The position numbers were made by a program, and so were the translations under genes. The notes beneath the pieces are model-generated. The model made no database searches. It saw nothing but the letters and a program-made list of their open reading frames with translations, and was not told the DNA's origin. Below are positions 35,950 through 48,870 of a stretch of 64,000 bases of DNA, one piece after another. The stretch's first letter is position 1, and every line of letters begins with the position of its first letter. The stretch comes from Rhizodiscina lignyota (lineage: Eukaryota), in the NCBI GenBank assembly GCA_010015805.1, contig ML978121.1, positions 2,170,001 through 2,234,000 on the forward strand, read 5' to 3'.

Positions 35950-36349
35950 GGTGACGGGGAGACAATATAGAGAGTCAGTTAGGCTTGTGAGAAGATGAGA
36001 GCGACATGTTGATAATTGGCAGGGGCAGAACCAGGGTGAGGAGAGTGTGGTCTACTTATGCTGCTATCACAAATGGCTCCTGGTGTCGGTGTGCAGCCAC
36101 CGATGTTGCATGCAGACTGTTGACTCGCAAAACTGAGAAGAAGCAAGGCTAAAGTTGTGCTGTCGGCCCGTAGCAGGGAGAAAAGCTCTTCGTTAGTTTC
36201 TACTCTCATCTCGGGCCGGTCGACAGCAATTGGTTAGTGCTTACGAGCTTGCCCTTAGCATATCTGAGTATATTCGGCTAGCAAATCATGATAGTACCAT
36301 TCAGCGCCCTCAGCCGCGAGTCCGTATGAATGGGAGACTCCGTCTGCTG

Positions 36350-39300
36350 TTATTGCGGTAATAACAAAGCGTTCCTCACCTCCTGAAGCTCCTTTTCCAA
36401 CGTTGGCACTTTCTCTTGCAATACATCGGCTAGCTTGAGTGCTTCTTTGTTCCCATTCCGAACCTCTGCATCCTCTTCGTCTGAGTCCTGCGACTCATGC
36501 ACAGCATAAGAGATGAGAACGTCCTGTTTGACCGGCTCAAGTGCCTCTTTGATGAGTTTCTTAATATCCTTCTTCGTTCGCTTGGCGAACTCTTCTAGAT
36601 CCTTATTAACGAGCATCGCTATGCTTGGGAATAGATTGCCATTCGAGATGTGGCCCCGGATTGTACTTATTTGGCGTCTGTTCTTACCGGTACCTGCATA
36701 CTCAAGCACATCAGTTGCTGTGTTTCGGTTTCACGGTGAGAGGAAGCTGACCAGATTCTTGTGCAGCCGAGCGGTATGCAGAGAGCATGCACCTGAGGAC
36801 GTAACTATTGTAATTGTCCTCTGATGCACTGCGACGGATTAATCTGAAATGCCATTTAGCAGCGCCTAATCATTACGTTTGAAGAAGGTGCGCCCTACTT
36901 AAAGGCCTGAAGCACTTCGCGCTGCGCTCGTTGGGCCCGGTAGTTGAAGTGATCGAACCGGGGGGACACGGAATCCGAAAGGGTAGGCACCGCCTTGTGT
37001 GCTGTAATTCATAATTAACCCGCTTTGAAAGTATTTGGGATGGGACTTGGCTCTTACATATCAAAGAAGCTCGGATTTCGTCCAGTCCTTCACGAACGAT
37101 GTCTCCAACATCATTGAACAGTTGGGGTATTTCCTCCTCAACCATGTCCCACTGAAAAGCAAGCTCTGTCCTCATTTTCCAGATTAATTCGTTGTTCCAG
37201 TTGACATCTCCTCTTTTTTCGGTATAGTGGTGACCATTGTGCAAACACCACGCATTATACTGCGCTGCAGGAACTGCATTAGCATGACGAACACTGCGCT
37301 TACGGACGGTGGGAAGATACTCCAATGCCACTAGAAAATGTTAGTATTCAAACACAGTTGGGAATGGTTGGGCATGGTTACGGAATTCCAATCATCGCTT
37401 TTCGACACTGCAGCTTTCTCCCAATGTCCATTGCGTTGGTCTGTTTGAGTATTAGCCATTTGCCCATTCATACACAGGTGTTCCGTACCTATAAACTTCA
37501 TAATTTGTTCCTGTAAATCTGATTTGAACTCATTGATCCGCTCTCTGATCTGTTTCTCCATCTGGTCTTCATCAGGAGTGTACACTTAATTGGATATTAG
37601 TGCCTACCTTCGTGTGAGCTACTTTGATATCATCCAGGAGGTCCTCTCGTATCTCTTCGGTCTGAGGTACGTCTTCCACTTCTTCCGAGACCTTTTCCAT
37701 CCATAACCTTGCAGATCTTACTAGGTTCGGGAGCTGTGCAAGCAAGAAGTTCCTTGACTCATCCAGTTGCGCTTGCGCATTGATGGCGTGACAGAACTTA
37801 CGAAGCTCTGGAATGCCACTAGCCTCCACGAACTGAACGCGGCCTTTTCGACAATCTTTGTCGTAATCCTTGTTGGATACACAGAAAACTTCGAGCGTCT
37901 TGTGCTCGACTTTTTCTGCGTATGCTCGCTTGAGACCAGCTTTCACGAAGTCGTTTCGAGCCTTGATCAGGAGGAGGTCTCGTCTAAAGATGATCAGTAC
38001 TGCAGAGTGCTGCCTTTAGTCCCTTTGATGAGATCATTGCACATACTCGCGCTTGAACTGTTTCTTAGCCTTCGCATCTCCTCTGTTCTTTGCCCGTTTG
38101 ATATTGTCGTCTAGATTCCGAAGTTTAGCTTCGCTGACCGCCTTTCCTGGACCACAGAACTGAGTTTTCAGTGCAGTAAAGTTTATTTCCTTGGGTACTG
38201 TTAGCTGGAGGTATAGGCTTGGATGAAAAGCTTGAGGTTACAATCGTACCTCAGTCCTAGTACACACGACAGATACACTGAGAGACTGTCCCGCAGAGTC
38301 GTTCCATTCCTGCGGAATGTGTTGCGCGAGAGCGGCGTATAACGAAGATTTCAGAGACTGGTCACTTAGGGCTCGGGAAATCTTGGCAACGATGAAGACG
38401 TGGTCCGCTTTCAAGAGATATCTCTCCGTTGCCCGTACCTTTGCTAGGTTTGTATCTCGCAGACCTATTACTCCTCAGTCAAGGACCTTCACTGGATCTC
38501 AATTTCATACCTGGCAAATCCGCAAGAATAATACCAGTCTTGAGGACTTGAGCGCTGAGGAATACACTATCGAAGAGCTTCGTCAGCAAGGGCTTGAGAA
38601 TGTCAAAATCAGGTACGTACCGAATGACTTTTGTGAACGGCCAGATCCTATTCTGCATCAGTTCTCGCGTTATTTCACGGCACTTGTCCGCGTTTCGTGC
38701 CGTAGAAGTCCATGAACCATCCCTCCCTCCTCTTGGCCAGTCCAATTCTCGTGTCCACTGCAGAAGTAGACCAAGGGCTTTCCTCTGCCCTTCATCACTG
38801 GTATCACGGAACAGATCTTCCCTGAACTCCGTCCTGTTGTCAAAGGCCGCCTGCAGTGTAGACCAAGCCACTGCTGATTCCTCCTGGCACCTTTTATAGT
38901 CTTCTCCATTGAGATCCTGTTCCACTTCCGGGAGGTACAGCTGACTGTAGCTCCAGAGAAGTTCTTTGACCGTTTCTTCAATGTTTGATTCGGAAAGATA
39001 TTCGACTTCAATGGTGAAGGGTGTGGTTTGATGTGGTCTCCGCTGCCGAAATTCGGTTATTACGGAGGTGCAAGCCGTCCCAGCATCACTCTGGCAATCA
39101 TTAGCATGCGGAATAAGTAGGCCGCCGTACACGTTCTGTAGGGAGTGCGGAGAAGTTTGGTACTGACTGTCTCGGCTATGCCGTTACAATGGAGCAACGA
39201 ATTGATGACGCTGCTTTTGCCTGTACCAGGTATCAGAGTCAGCTTCGTCAAACTCAAAAGATATCCTTGGCAGAAAGTTTGACCGACCTTCTCCTGAATC

Positions 39301-40005
39301 TCCAAGTAGTGCTATTATTCTTGTGTCAGTTGTGTGGAAGTTGCTCAATTGCTGTGCATCATCTCGAAGTCTGCAAATGTCGCTCCCACTCTTGAGCTGG
39401 AAATGATCGAAATCGCCAGCAAGGCTTTTGGTGACACGAATACCTCTGGAGAGCTGCTCCTGAAATTGCGGCGTGAAGAATATTGCGCCTTCTGGTGGTT
39501 TTTCGTTTTGAACATTATAGGCCGGCACTTGCTCCGCAGCACTACTAGTTGTAGTGTCCGCATCTGTATGATTCGGTAGAATTGGCCCTGTCTCTGGAGC
39601 AGGAGAAGGATGCGGAGACGCATTGTAGAGATTTCTGAATGTGAATGCCGCTTGGTTAGTCTCCTGGTCATCGGAGTCGCCGAGTACCCTCATTCCTGGA
39701 GTTCTTCCGCGAGGAGGCGTTAGGTAACGAGAGTCCTGGGGAGCACGAGGGTGCTCTGGGGAAGCATCCTGAGGACTCCCAAATTTGAATGCTGTTGATC
39801 GATCCTCGTGACCCTCAGATGCACCAAACAGCCTCATTCGCGGTGTATTCTCAGGGAAGTGGGAGTGCGAGGTGTTCTCGCGGTCAGGCGCATTGCCCCG
39901 GATTGAAAGAGACGAAAGCTGGCTCTCGACTTGGATGAGCTCTGTATCCCTTTCCGGCGCTCCTACACCGTCGCCGTCATGGGATTGTGAACCTGTGGGA
40001 GGCAT
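36350..40005 (-). CDS. Dynamin-like GTPase (SLIP-GC-like), multi-exon, apparently intact
   Basis: G1 GDSGE|GKSSVINSLL, G2 ACTSVITE, G3 DLPG|LRD, G4 CTRTE. About 11 canonical introns give a continuous frame. The N-terminus is disordered. Confidence 0.85.
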
Positions 40006-41179
40006 GGTGTTGATCAAGTGCAGAATGAACGCTCCGCTCAAGGTCGATTGAATGCTTCAAATTGAAAATAATGAAGAAAGATTTTGAAGCAAATACGGAG
40101 TAAAGCTAAGAGGGTGAATTCATATTGGAACCCACTTGATTTTGGAAATGCGCGCTTTGAGCTCTGACCGACCGCCAGACGGACCCCGGCAGGTTCATCT
40201 GCATCCATAGTGCTGTGCCACATGGCTGCAGCTGCAGCGTGGACGGCGGCTAATAGTTGGACAATCTTTAACCTCGAAAGTGCACCATTAATCTATCTGG
40301 CGCAGTTCCAACTGCAAGCCGCAGGGCTTGGCTCGTAGACAAAAAGCTATGTTCTCGGACTCCTGGAGTGTGGACTGCTGTAGTGTGTGGATTCTCGGAG
40401 CGTGGATTTCGTGCATGCACAGGGCCGACAGGAAGGAAGACACAGGAAACTTCACAGGCCGAGATAGCCGAGATAGCAGATGCAAGTCCTTCAAAGAGGA
40501 TGATCCACCATAGGGAAGTGCGTCCCGAGAGCGTTTGACCGTTATGGCGGGCCTTGGGAACGTGGCGTCGATGGTCTGACGCCAGGGAGCATAGACCCCT
40601 AACAGCATTAGGCAGGTAAGAGAGAGGAGAGCGCCAAGCAGAAATCCAGGACTCAGGAGGACGAGTGCAAGCGCTTTAGAGTGTGCGTCGCTGAAGCTGG
40701 ACTGTTACTGGCTGCCGTCGTGGGATTGTTGGCGTTTGGCAAGGAATGAACGGATGAACAGGCAGAGACGCTCCCGTCCGGAATATCCTATCCTATGCCA
40801 ACGTCCCCTGGATCCAGCTTGTTTCTGCGTCACGAGTGCCACTCTATAGCCTTAGAAGATACAGCCGAGGCGTCGCGTAACTTGAAGAGTAGTGCATTCG
40901 AAGATTTTCCTTTCGAATGCAAATCGCACAGGGGCCGATCCGGCACTGGTGAAGGCGGGGCCGCTCTTGAACAACACTCCGGACGACATCTTGAGCAATG
41001 ACTAGACTCTCAAAACCATATACCTGTATGTCACAATTCAGCACTCAAGCTCTCGCAGCAGGACTGGCAAGGAGCACTCCACCAGCGAGCGGCCACTGTC
41101 TGTGCCACAGGGGGTCTGTCCCGACAAGGATTAGGGAGGAAATCAAGGGAAGAAATCAAGGTCGGTCATTTTTTATCAC

Positions 41180-41470
41180 GTACTGCCTATTTATATGCCT
41201 TTGTAGCTGCTTCGGAAACTCCCTCTTCGACGATAAACTTCATAGCTCAACAAATGTGAAAAGACAGCTAAAGGTAGATTTCTCTAGAGCAGCTAGGCGA
41301 GGGGACGATAATCGTTATGCATCGTAACTTCCATCCCGCCATTCCGCATAAACATAGAGCCCGCAATTTGCCTTCTCAGGTCTCTGAAGTTAAAACTCGA
41401 ATTATACGAGTAGATAATATCCTCTCGGACATAAGTTGGGAGATTGCAATTACATCGTGGATTACAGCTT
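41180..41470 (-). pseudogene. Degenerate gene remnant homologous to 29704-29990
   Basis: For example ccattccgcataaacatagagcccgcaatttg versus ccatcccgcatcaacatagagcctgcagtttc. Broken reading ANCGLYVYAEW...PRLAALEKSTF...YKG. Confidence 0.65.
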
Positions 41471-41633
41471 CTCCACCGAGACGGATTTTGCAGCATTACT
41501 GTCCCCGCTTGAGGCCTCAGGCCTTCATGCAGGCTCAGCCACGCTGCAGCCTTTTCTCTCTCAGTAAGGCTACTCTCTACAAGTCTTCACCCTTCTCACC
41601 TTTAATTTCAATTTCAATCGTCTACATTTCGTC

Positions 41634-44129
41634 ATGGACACTATTTCCAGTGGAGTGCCGCTGGTTGGCAAAGAAACACGTTTACTGGAACTGGATGAAG
41701 GTCAATGGACGAGCCCCTTGATCGGCCGCTTGGTCCAGTCTTCCTTGGATGCGAATCCGGGCTATACAGCTCTTTCATACGTCTGGGGAACTGCAAAGCG
41801 TAGCCGACCAATCTACTTGAGTGGCAAGGCGCAGTACATCACCCCAAATCTCGATGCCGCTCTTAGGCGGGTCCGGAAACTTCACAAAAGAATTGTTGTG
41901 GGTGGATACAATCTGCATCAATCAAGCTGATGTTATCGAGCGAACTCATCAGGTTGGTTAATGTGTGACATCTTTGGTAGCTCAAAGGAAGCCGTAATGT
42001 ATATGGGAGAGCCACCCGTTACGAACAAGACACAGCGACAACGGTTAGAGAAGCGCCCCATACCTCATGCCTTCACTTATCTGAAAGCTCTATCAAATCT
42101 GAAATCTCCGAACGACAATCAGGAAGGATCTGCATGCCTTCACACCATTCCAATGTTTCACACCCCTAACTCAGAAAGCGCACGGTTTCAAGAGGAATAC
42201 TTTGAGTCAGTCCGGCTGCTGATTTGCTCATCGTGGTGGACTCGAATTTGGACTGTACAGGAGGTTGTTGTTCCCAAGAACATCGTTTTCCTTTACGGAT
42301 CTGAAACGATCACATGGGATGCGATGAGTGAGGCAGCTGCCAGGTATCAACACCATGCCCTCGGTTGCTGCTCCAAGACAGTCTCAGTGCTTCCAACAGC
42401 GCATACCAAGGTCATACAACGTATCTGCCAACTGGTTGAAGATTTATCCGAGGCTAGGATCATGCTACGAAGCGGCTCAAATACTCAGCTACTCGCATTG
42501 CTCCAGAGATTCATTACTTGCTGAGCGTCTGACGAACGTGATAAAGTCTATGCTCTACTTGGTTTACTCAACAAGTCAGCTATATCTATTCGGGTTGATT
42601 ACCAATTGGATGCTCCTTTGGTTTTTATCAACGCAGCCTTCGATTGCATTCGAACAAGCCAGTCTTTGAGCATCCTCACACTGGCAGGAGGACAGAAGTA
42701 CCATGGAAGTTTGCCTTCTTGGGTTCCAGATTTTGGCATACCTGAGTCGACGCCATTCAATACATTTGCAGATGAACAGTACCGTCTCTACGATGCCGCC
42801 AAAGGCACCAACGCCTACAACCCACGAGCCAACAATCAAAGCAGACCTAAGCATTTCCTAGAGACTCGCGGGACTGTCATTGGCACTGTTGTAGGGATTT
42901 CAGATCCAATGATATGGGATCACGAAGAAAGCTGTGCGGACGTACTTGGCAAGTGGCTATGGCAGGGGTACGGTGTTCGGCGTTTCAAGCCCTTTCCAAC
43001 GGACAGCAAATATGAAACAGTCTTCTGGAGATTGATTTGCGGCGATATTCTCCCCAAAAAACATCCCTCTACTGGCTTTACCAGGGCACTTCTATATGAC
43101 TTCTCGAGCTATCTGTCCTGGCTTGTCTTCTCAAACCGATCACCCCTTTATGGATTAGTCGATCCACTCTGGAAATCGCCTGACAATGCTGCTGTGGTTG
43201 AAACTCGATTATCTATACTTCTTGGCATCACCTCCGTCGCTGTTCTTGGCAATTTGATTAAAGAATACTCTTCTAAATTTTCAAGTGGCTCTCCCAGCGA
43301 AGTCCGTAACCGGACCAGAGACTTTCTTTGGCATCTCCTCAAGAGGTTATTTCCCGACGAGAACATACAGGAATCATTTGCAGAACAATTCGACAGAGCG
43401 ATAGGAATATCTACAGCGCGCCGTAGGTGCTTTGCGTGGGCGCCAGTTGCGAAACATTCACATAATGACCCACTCCCTCTGATATATTTACACGGCTTGG
43501 GCCCTCTTGACGTTTGCTGTGGCGACTCAGTAGTCCTACTCCAAGGTGGTCGTTGTCCCTTTGTCGTACGAAAACGCGATGTGCCACTATCATCCACGCT
43601 TGAACAGACACGCTCGTATCTCCAGGGATTTGGTCTCGATTTTGTGCTCGAATTATCGTTGAAGTCGGCTGTACTAAGGGCCAAAGAATATGGAAGCGAA
43701 AATCCGAGCCTAGCAACACTTGAAGGGGAGCTTGAGAGACTTTCAACGTCTCTGCTTCATCCATTCCTCAAAGGGGAGTGTCTGGGCTGGGAGTGTCTGG
43801 ACTCGAAGTGTCTGGAAGATGTGAAGCACCTTCTTCTGACGAAGTATTGTGGCCAGGGATCCTGCTTGCCGGGCTATGATGCTCACTTCATAAGATGGAT
43901 GCTCTGGATGCTGAAAATGACTACTTTCGACCAGAACTGGAGCGGTCTCTTCACGAGGGGACCAAAGGACCGCCGTTCGCAGCTGGAGTATGCTTTCTTC
44001 CCTTTGGTTCAAGGTCTTGGCCTCCATCATATGTTGAAAGACCTGATTGGCCCTTGCATTCTCCCTGGATTCATGGATGGTGAAGCGCTCGAGGGCGACG
44101 TTACTTGGAGGGATATCTTCTTGCGTTGA
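41634..44129 (+). pseudogene. HET-domain (HET-6-like) pseudogene
   Basis: YTALSYVWG, then WVDTICINQ...ERTHQV only in the +1 frame (41893-41958), WWTRIWTVQE, in-frame TGA 42522-42524 before ASDERDKVYALLG, LPSWVPD, LIGPC..GFMDGE. Confidence 0.88.
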
Positions 44130-45066
44130 GCAGCCAGAGATTGCTCGACATAAGTGCTTGAGGAGAACTGGATACCACCGTTTAGCTAACAGGATCTGAG
44201 ACTCTCACGTCCCTTAATTCGAATGGAGACCAGGGGTGGGAGCAAATTGAATGAGGCGAATAGTTTGTTGCTGGTGAAGCAACAGACGTACTGGTCCGTC
44301 TCAACTCCTACGCTTCTCTCAGTGCAGCTACCAGCGTCTGCGTTGGCCGGCTATTTTCCGTATCCAGGCTATGCAAAAAGTCCTTGATATGCTCACCCGG
44401 ATGCTGGGACCATTCGCCACAGAGGTGAACATCCACGCCCGTTGTGACCATCGTAGCCTGGTGTTTGTTGTTGGAAGGGATGAGCTCGCAAAGCATTAAA
44501 GTTGACCAACGAAGTTGTGTCTCGAGCGCGTGATTGTCAGCGCTGGCTCCGAGTGCAAGGTGTCGTCGCTTCGGATTGTACACTGCAAGCAGTATGCGCG
44601 CTGGCTCAATATGCTGCAGGGCTTCCCAGCGATCGATTCCCCCCTCCTGCATGCCCGGGCTGTCGATAACGTTGCAGTCCTCTCCGAAGCAGAAAGAGTT
44701 TGGAATAGATTGCGCTTGTTTTCGGAGACGGCACGCATGTCGAAGAGAAGAGGGTCAGAAGAAGGATCAAGGACGAAATTGCTACCAACTTGGGACGCGT
44801 GTCCAACGGTCAAGGTGGACTACTCCTTGTCGTGGAGTGGTGTGTACATGTATATGATGGCGTCGAATGTGATGTAATGTGTGAATTCAATTTCTGGCGA
44901 TTCTGCGATATGGTTTTAGCGTTCAAGCAATTGGATTTATGCAACTGGAGTTCAAGTTATTCATCTTATCAACATGTGGCTCTCTGCACGCTTGTTCTGG
45001 GAATAGGTGTTGCGCTGAAGCTTAACCAGCGGAGGAGTCTAGACGAACAAGTTGTTTCATCATCGC

Positions 45067-46875
45067 CTAGAGGACGTAGCGGCTGTATAATGGTCAGTGA
45101 ACCTGGGAACAATTGACAGGGATGCAATAGAAAGAAATCAACTTACAAAGCGAGGTTCTGCCGATCGGTCAAATCCAACTGCCTTGCATCAACCACTTCC
45201 TCTCCTACCGTTCCATCATCGATGTTGATATGCTCCAGCACTCCAATTTCATTAATTAAACCCTTACTCTGCAATTCGTCCCTTCTCTTATTCTCTTTCC
45301 GTAGATAATACCTCAAGAATAGCACAACGAGCATCGGGAAAACGCAGCCCACACCGAGAATCACTCCCCATGTGACCAGATATCTTGGTTTGTATTGCGG
45401 CTGGAACAACTGAGGAGAAAGGATATTTCCCAGGCCATAACCAACGTGGTAGAGTGCGATGACTGTCGTCTTCTTCGTATGGCCTGCTGAACAATTCGCC
45501 GCCCAAATCATCACAACACTGTACGGAATGCCGGTGGTCGATCGGAGCCAAATTGCTACTAGCAGGCCCCATCGGTTGGTCCAAGGAAGTGCCAATGATA
45601 GTATAGAAGCAACGATCGTAGGCACGTACGCCGCAGCAGAGATCCACGCTCGGCAGTTCTTAGTCCATGCAAGGACGACTGCGGCAAACAACAAGGATAC
45701 CAAAGCGGTCAGGCCAGTGACACAACCGAGCAAAGTGGTCTGCAGGGTGGTGAAACCAAATGATTGGATGATGAGCGAGTATTGGCTTGTGAGGCCATTA
45801 GACATCTCTTGTCCCCAGGCATGGAAAAAGAACAACCAAGTCTTGGGATCCCGCAGGGCTTCTATGAATTGATATCGCTTAAAGCGCTTTTGTTCGATCC
45901 CAGAATGATTACTTTTGATGCGATGGACTGCTTGAGCACGCTGCTCGAGTGTAAGGAAGTGGGCCGTTAGAGGAGAATCCGGAAGGCAAAGCCAAACCGC
46001 AATGCCAAACAGAAGTGTCAACGAACCAGTAATCACTGTACCAAGTCAAAGTGACTTAGTAAATATGTCCTGATAAATGATGCCTGTGGAGAGGGGAATT
46101 CATACCCATGAACCATTTCCAAGGCGCAAAACTACCGGTCTTGATCCAAAGGACGCCATACGATAGGAGGCCGGAAGTGATTGGGCTAGCGTTCCCAATG
46201 GCCCACATGCATGGCATAAGGACTGCTTGTTCGTCGTACGTGAAAAACATCGACAAGATTAGGAGGAAGGAAGGAACAATGCAAGCTTCAGCAAGTCCGA
46301 GAAGGAAGCGCACGACGAACAAGCTCGCGAAACTGTTGCACGGAATGTGAAGTAACAATATGCTTCCCCTAAAGCATATATTAATGCCGTTCACAACAGC
46401 ATTATATAGTCCACTCACCAGACAATGAGGTTACCCGAAAGCCATTTGGCAACTGGAAAGTGTTGGAGCGCCCAATTCTGAGGCCATTCTGCTAGAAGAT
46501 AGCCGAAATAGAATATTGAGACTAGCCAGTTGTACTGCGAAGAGTTCAGATGTGCGTCCTTCAGAATGCCTAAAATTGAAGAGTTTCCGAGCTAATTCCG
46601 TCAGCATTTTGCCCGATCCTCCAATGTTTGGAGTGACTATCACTGACCGTCTGCTTATCGATATACATGAGGTGGTAACCAATGCATAGAAAAGGCAAGA
46701 TCCATCGGACGCACTTGTTTCGGATCGCTATTGACTCTTCCAAGGTAGGTTCACTGACGTGGACTTTGGAAAATAACTTGTAGCTTTCATCGGCATAGCG
46801 GTCTGGCAGCCTTGGTGCAGAAGGAAGACTAGATGGCGCTGCTGGCTCCACGGACGCCTCTATAGATTTGCTCAT
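45067..46875 (-). CDS. MFS anion:cation symporter, Dal5/allantoate permease family
   Basis: ILPFLC...DKQT, RFLLGLAEA, LPDSP, EALRDPKTW, N.AGHTKK, GNILSPQLF, ENKRRD, DLTDRQN..FRYVL*. Confidence 0.92.
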
Positions 46876-47517
46876 ATTGCCAGACTTGTTCGAGTGAAAT
46901 CTGGGGTTTGTTTTAGTTTGGTGTAGCCAAGAGGTACACGGTGGATTCTGATGAAAGTCCAGAATCGAGGCTGCCGTCTATAATTGACACGCCCGTAGTT
47001 CGGGGTCCAGATAATAGGTATCTTGAACTCCCGCCATGTCTGATCGAGCTCCCAAACTCCAATTGTCTAATTGCGGGCCTGAATGACGCGAGTATGCCCT
47101 TAAACTGCAGACTAGCGATGGTATCTTTCCAACACCAAGGCAGCGGCAGGGTAGGTATGGACCACTATCACCGAGGATGACTTCGTCGATCATTGAATGC
47201 CTCTCCAAAGAATCGAACATGCCGATAATCATTCTGAGACGCACATGGGTGTATTCCATGCTCAAGATGCGGGTGGTTACACCCGTATGTGTGTGCTTGT
47301 GGGAGTGGTGCGATAACATCATGTGTAACTGGTCTGGCGTGCTCGGGGGCATGCCGAAAATGCGGCATTGCCCAGGGGCCACTGATAGCCTCATGATTAA
47401 GCTCCAAGACATCGGTATCGATATATTTTGACTTCCCAGCTCTTCCTTTGAAATACAGGCAGTTGATATTTGTAGCGCGTAGTTACCGAGTCTGGATATC
47501 GCGCGTCCATCTGGATC

Positions 47518-48870
47518 ATGGCCCAGCTCCCGAAACTGTCGGTGGCCATCATTGGCGCTGGTGTTGCGGGTCTTGCAGCTGCAGCAGGGTTGAACGGTCA
47601 CCCAGACATTGAATATCAGATATACGAACGCGCGACGCGACTTGAGGAGATTGGCGCAAGTATTGCTCTTGGCCCGAACGGACTGAGGACGTTGGAAAGA
47701 CTCGGCGTGGACAATGCGCTCGATGACTCAATCGCGTTTCGCAACAAATCGGGCTTCCCCATGATATACAGGTGATTTTAAAAGACTTCGGCTAGGGTTA
47801 TTTGACTGATAACACGTAGACACTGGAAAACGAATGAGATCACATCTGTAGACTCTCATCATTGCGATGTTGAGCCCAGACACAGCACCGCTCGATTTTA
47901 CCGGGCCGATCTCCAAAAAGCCCTCCTTGCGCACGTCCCCAGCTCAAGAATTCATCTGAAGAAAGCCTTCGCGTCAGCCGTGTACAACAGCGCTACCGAC
48001 AATTTGACAATATCGTTCGAAGATGGCTCAACAGTGACCGCAGACATTCTCCTGGGAGCGGACGGCATCCGATCTGCTGTTCGCCGCTATTTCGTTCCCC
48101 ACTCCGAGCCAAAGTGGACAGGGTGGGTCGCGTTTCGGTCAGTTTTTGATGTAAAGCTTCTGGAAGGGCTAGAAGATGCTGTGCTCAACGAAGCAAACCA
48201 TTGGTGGGGCCCTGATCGAACATTGTTCGCTTCAAGACTCGGGAACGGCCTATTCACAATCGTGGGCGGTCATTACAGCGATCCAGACGCGCCTGATGCA
48301 CCTTACAAGGACGCGACGTGGAACTCAGATGGAGACGTGAACGTTCTGCGCGATTACTATAAAGACTGGCATCCGGTTATCCGCAGAATGGTCAACGCGA
48401 GTCCCTACACGCGACAATACCCAAACACAGCAGCTCCCGCTCTCGACCGCTGGACGTATGGTCATGGTCGGATAACACTGGCAGGCGATGCTGCACATGC
48501 TCATGGAGGCGCGTTGGCTGCTGGCGGCTCTCTCGCCATTGACGATGCGTACGCATTTGTTGCAGCACTATGGCATGTCTTCCCTCCTGGCACTGGGAGC
48601 CACTCGTCGTCTGATGTCCTACGAGCCTTATTATTGTACGAGAGAACTCGGAAGCCACACACAGACCGTGTGATATCGACTGTCCATGAAGGGAATAAAG
48701 CAATTATCGCTCGACTAAGGCAGAAGAGCACCGAAACCGAGGATCAACTGAGGGCAAGGATAAAGAGCCGATCGGATCCATATTGGATTCATGAGCACGA
48801 CGTCGTGGCATCGCTTACCAAGGCTATAGCGCAAGAGCTGAAGGAGAACTCACCGGCGTCGAAAATATAG
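47518..48870 (+). CDS. FAD-dependent monooxygenase, salicylate-hydroxylase-like
   Basis: IIGAGVAGL, EIGA.I.LGPNG, GADGIRSAVR, GDAAHA...GG..AIDDA. Intron near 47772-47819. Confidence 0.92.

Noticed and set aside
44150..45050. Cluster of 100-120-aa ORFs between the HET pseudogene and the permease
   Set aside because: No recognisable domain or consistent gene structure.
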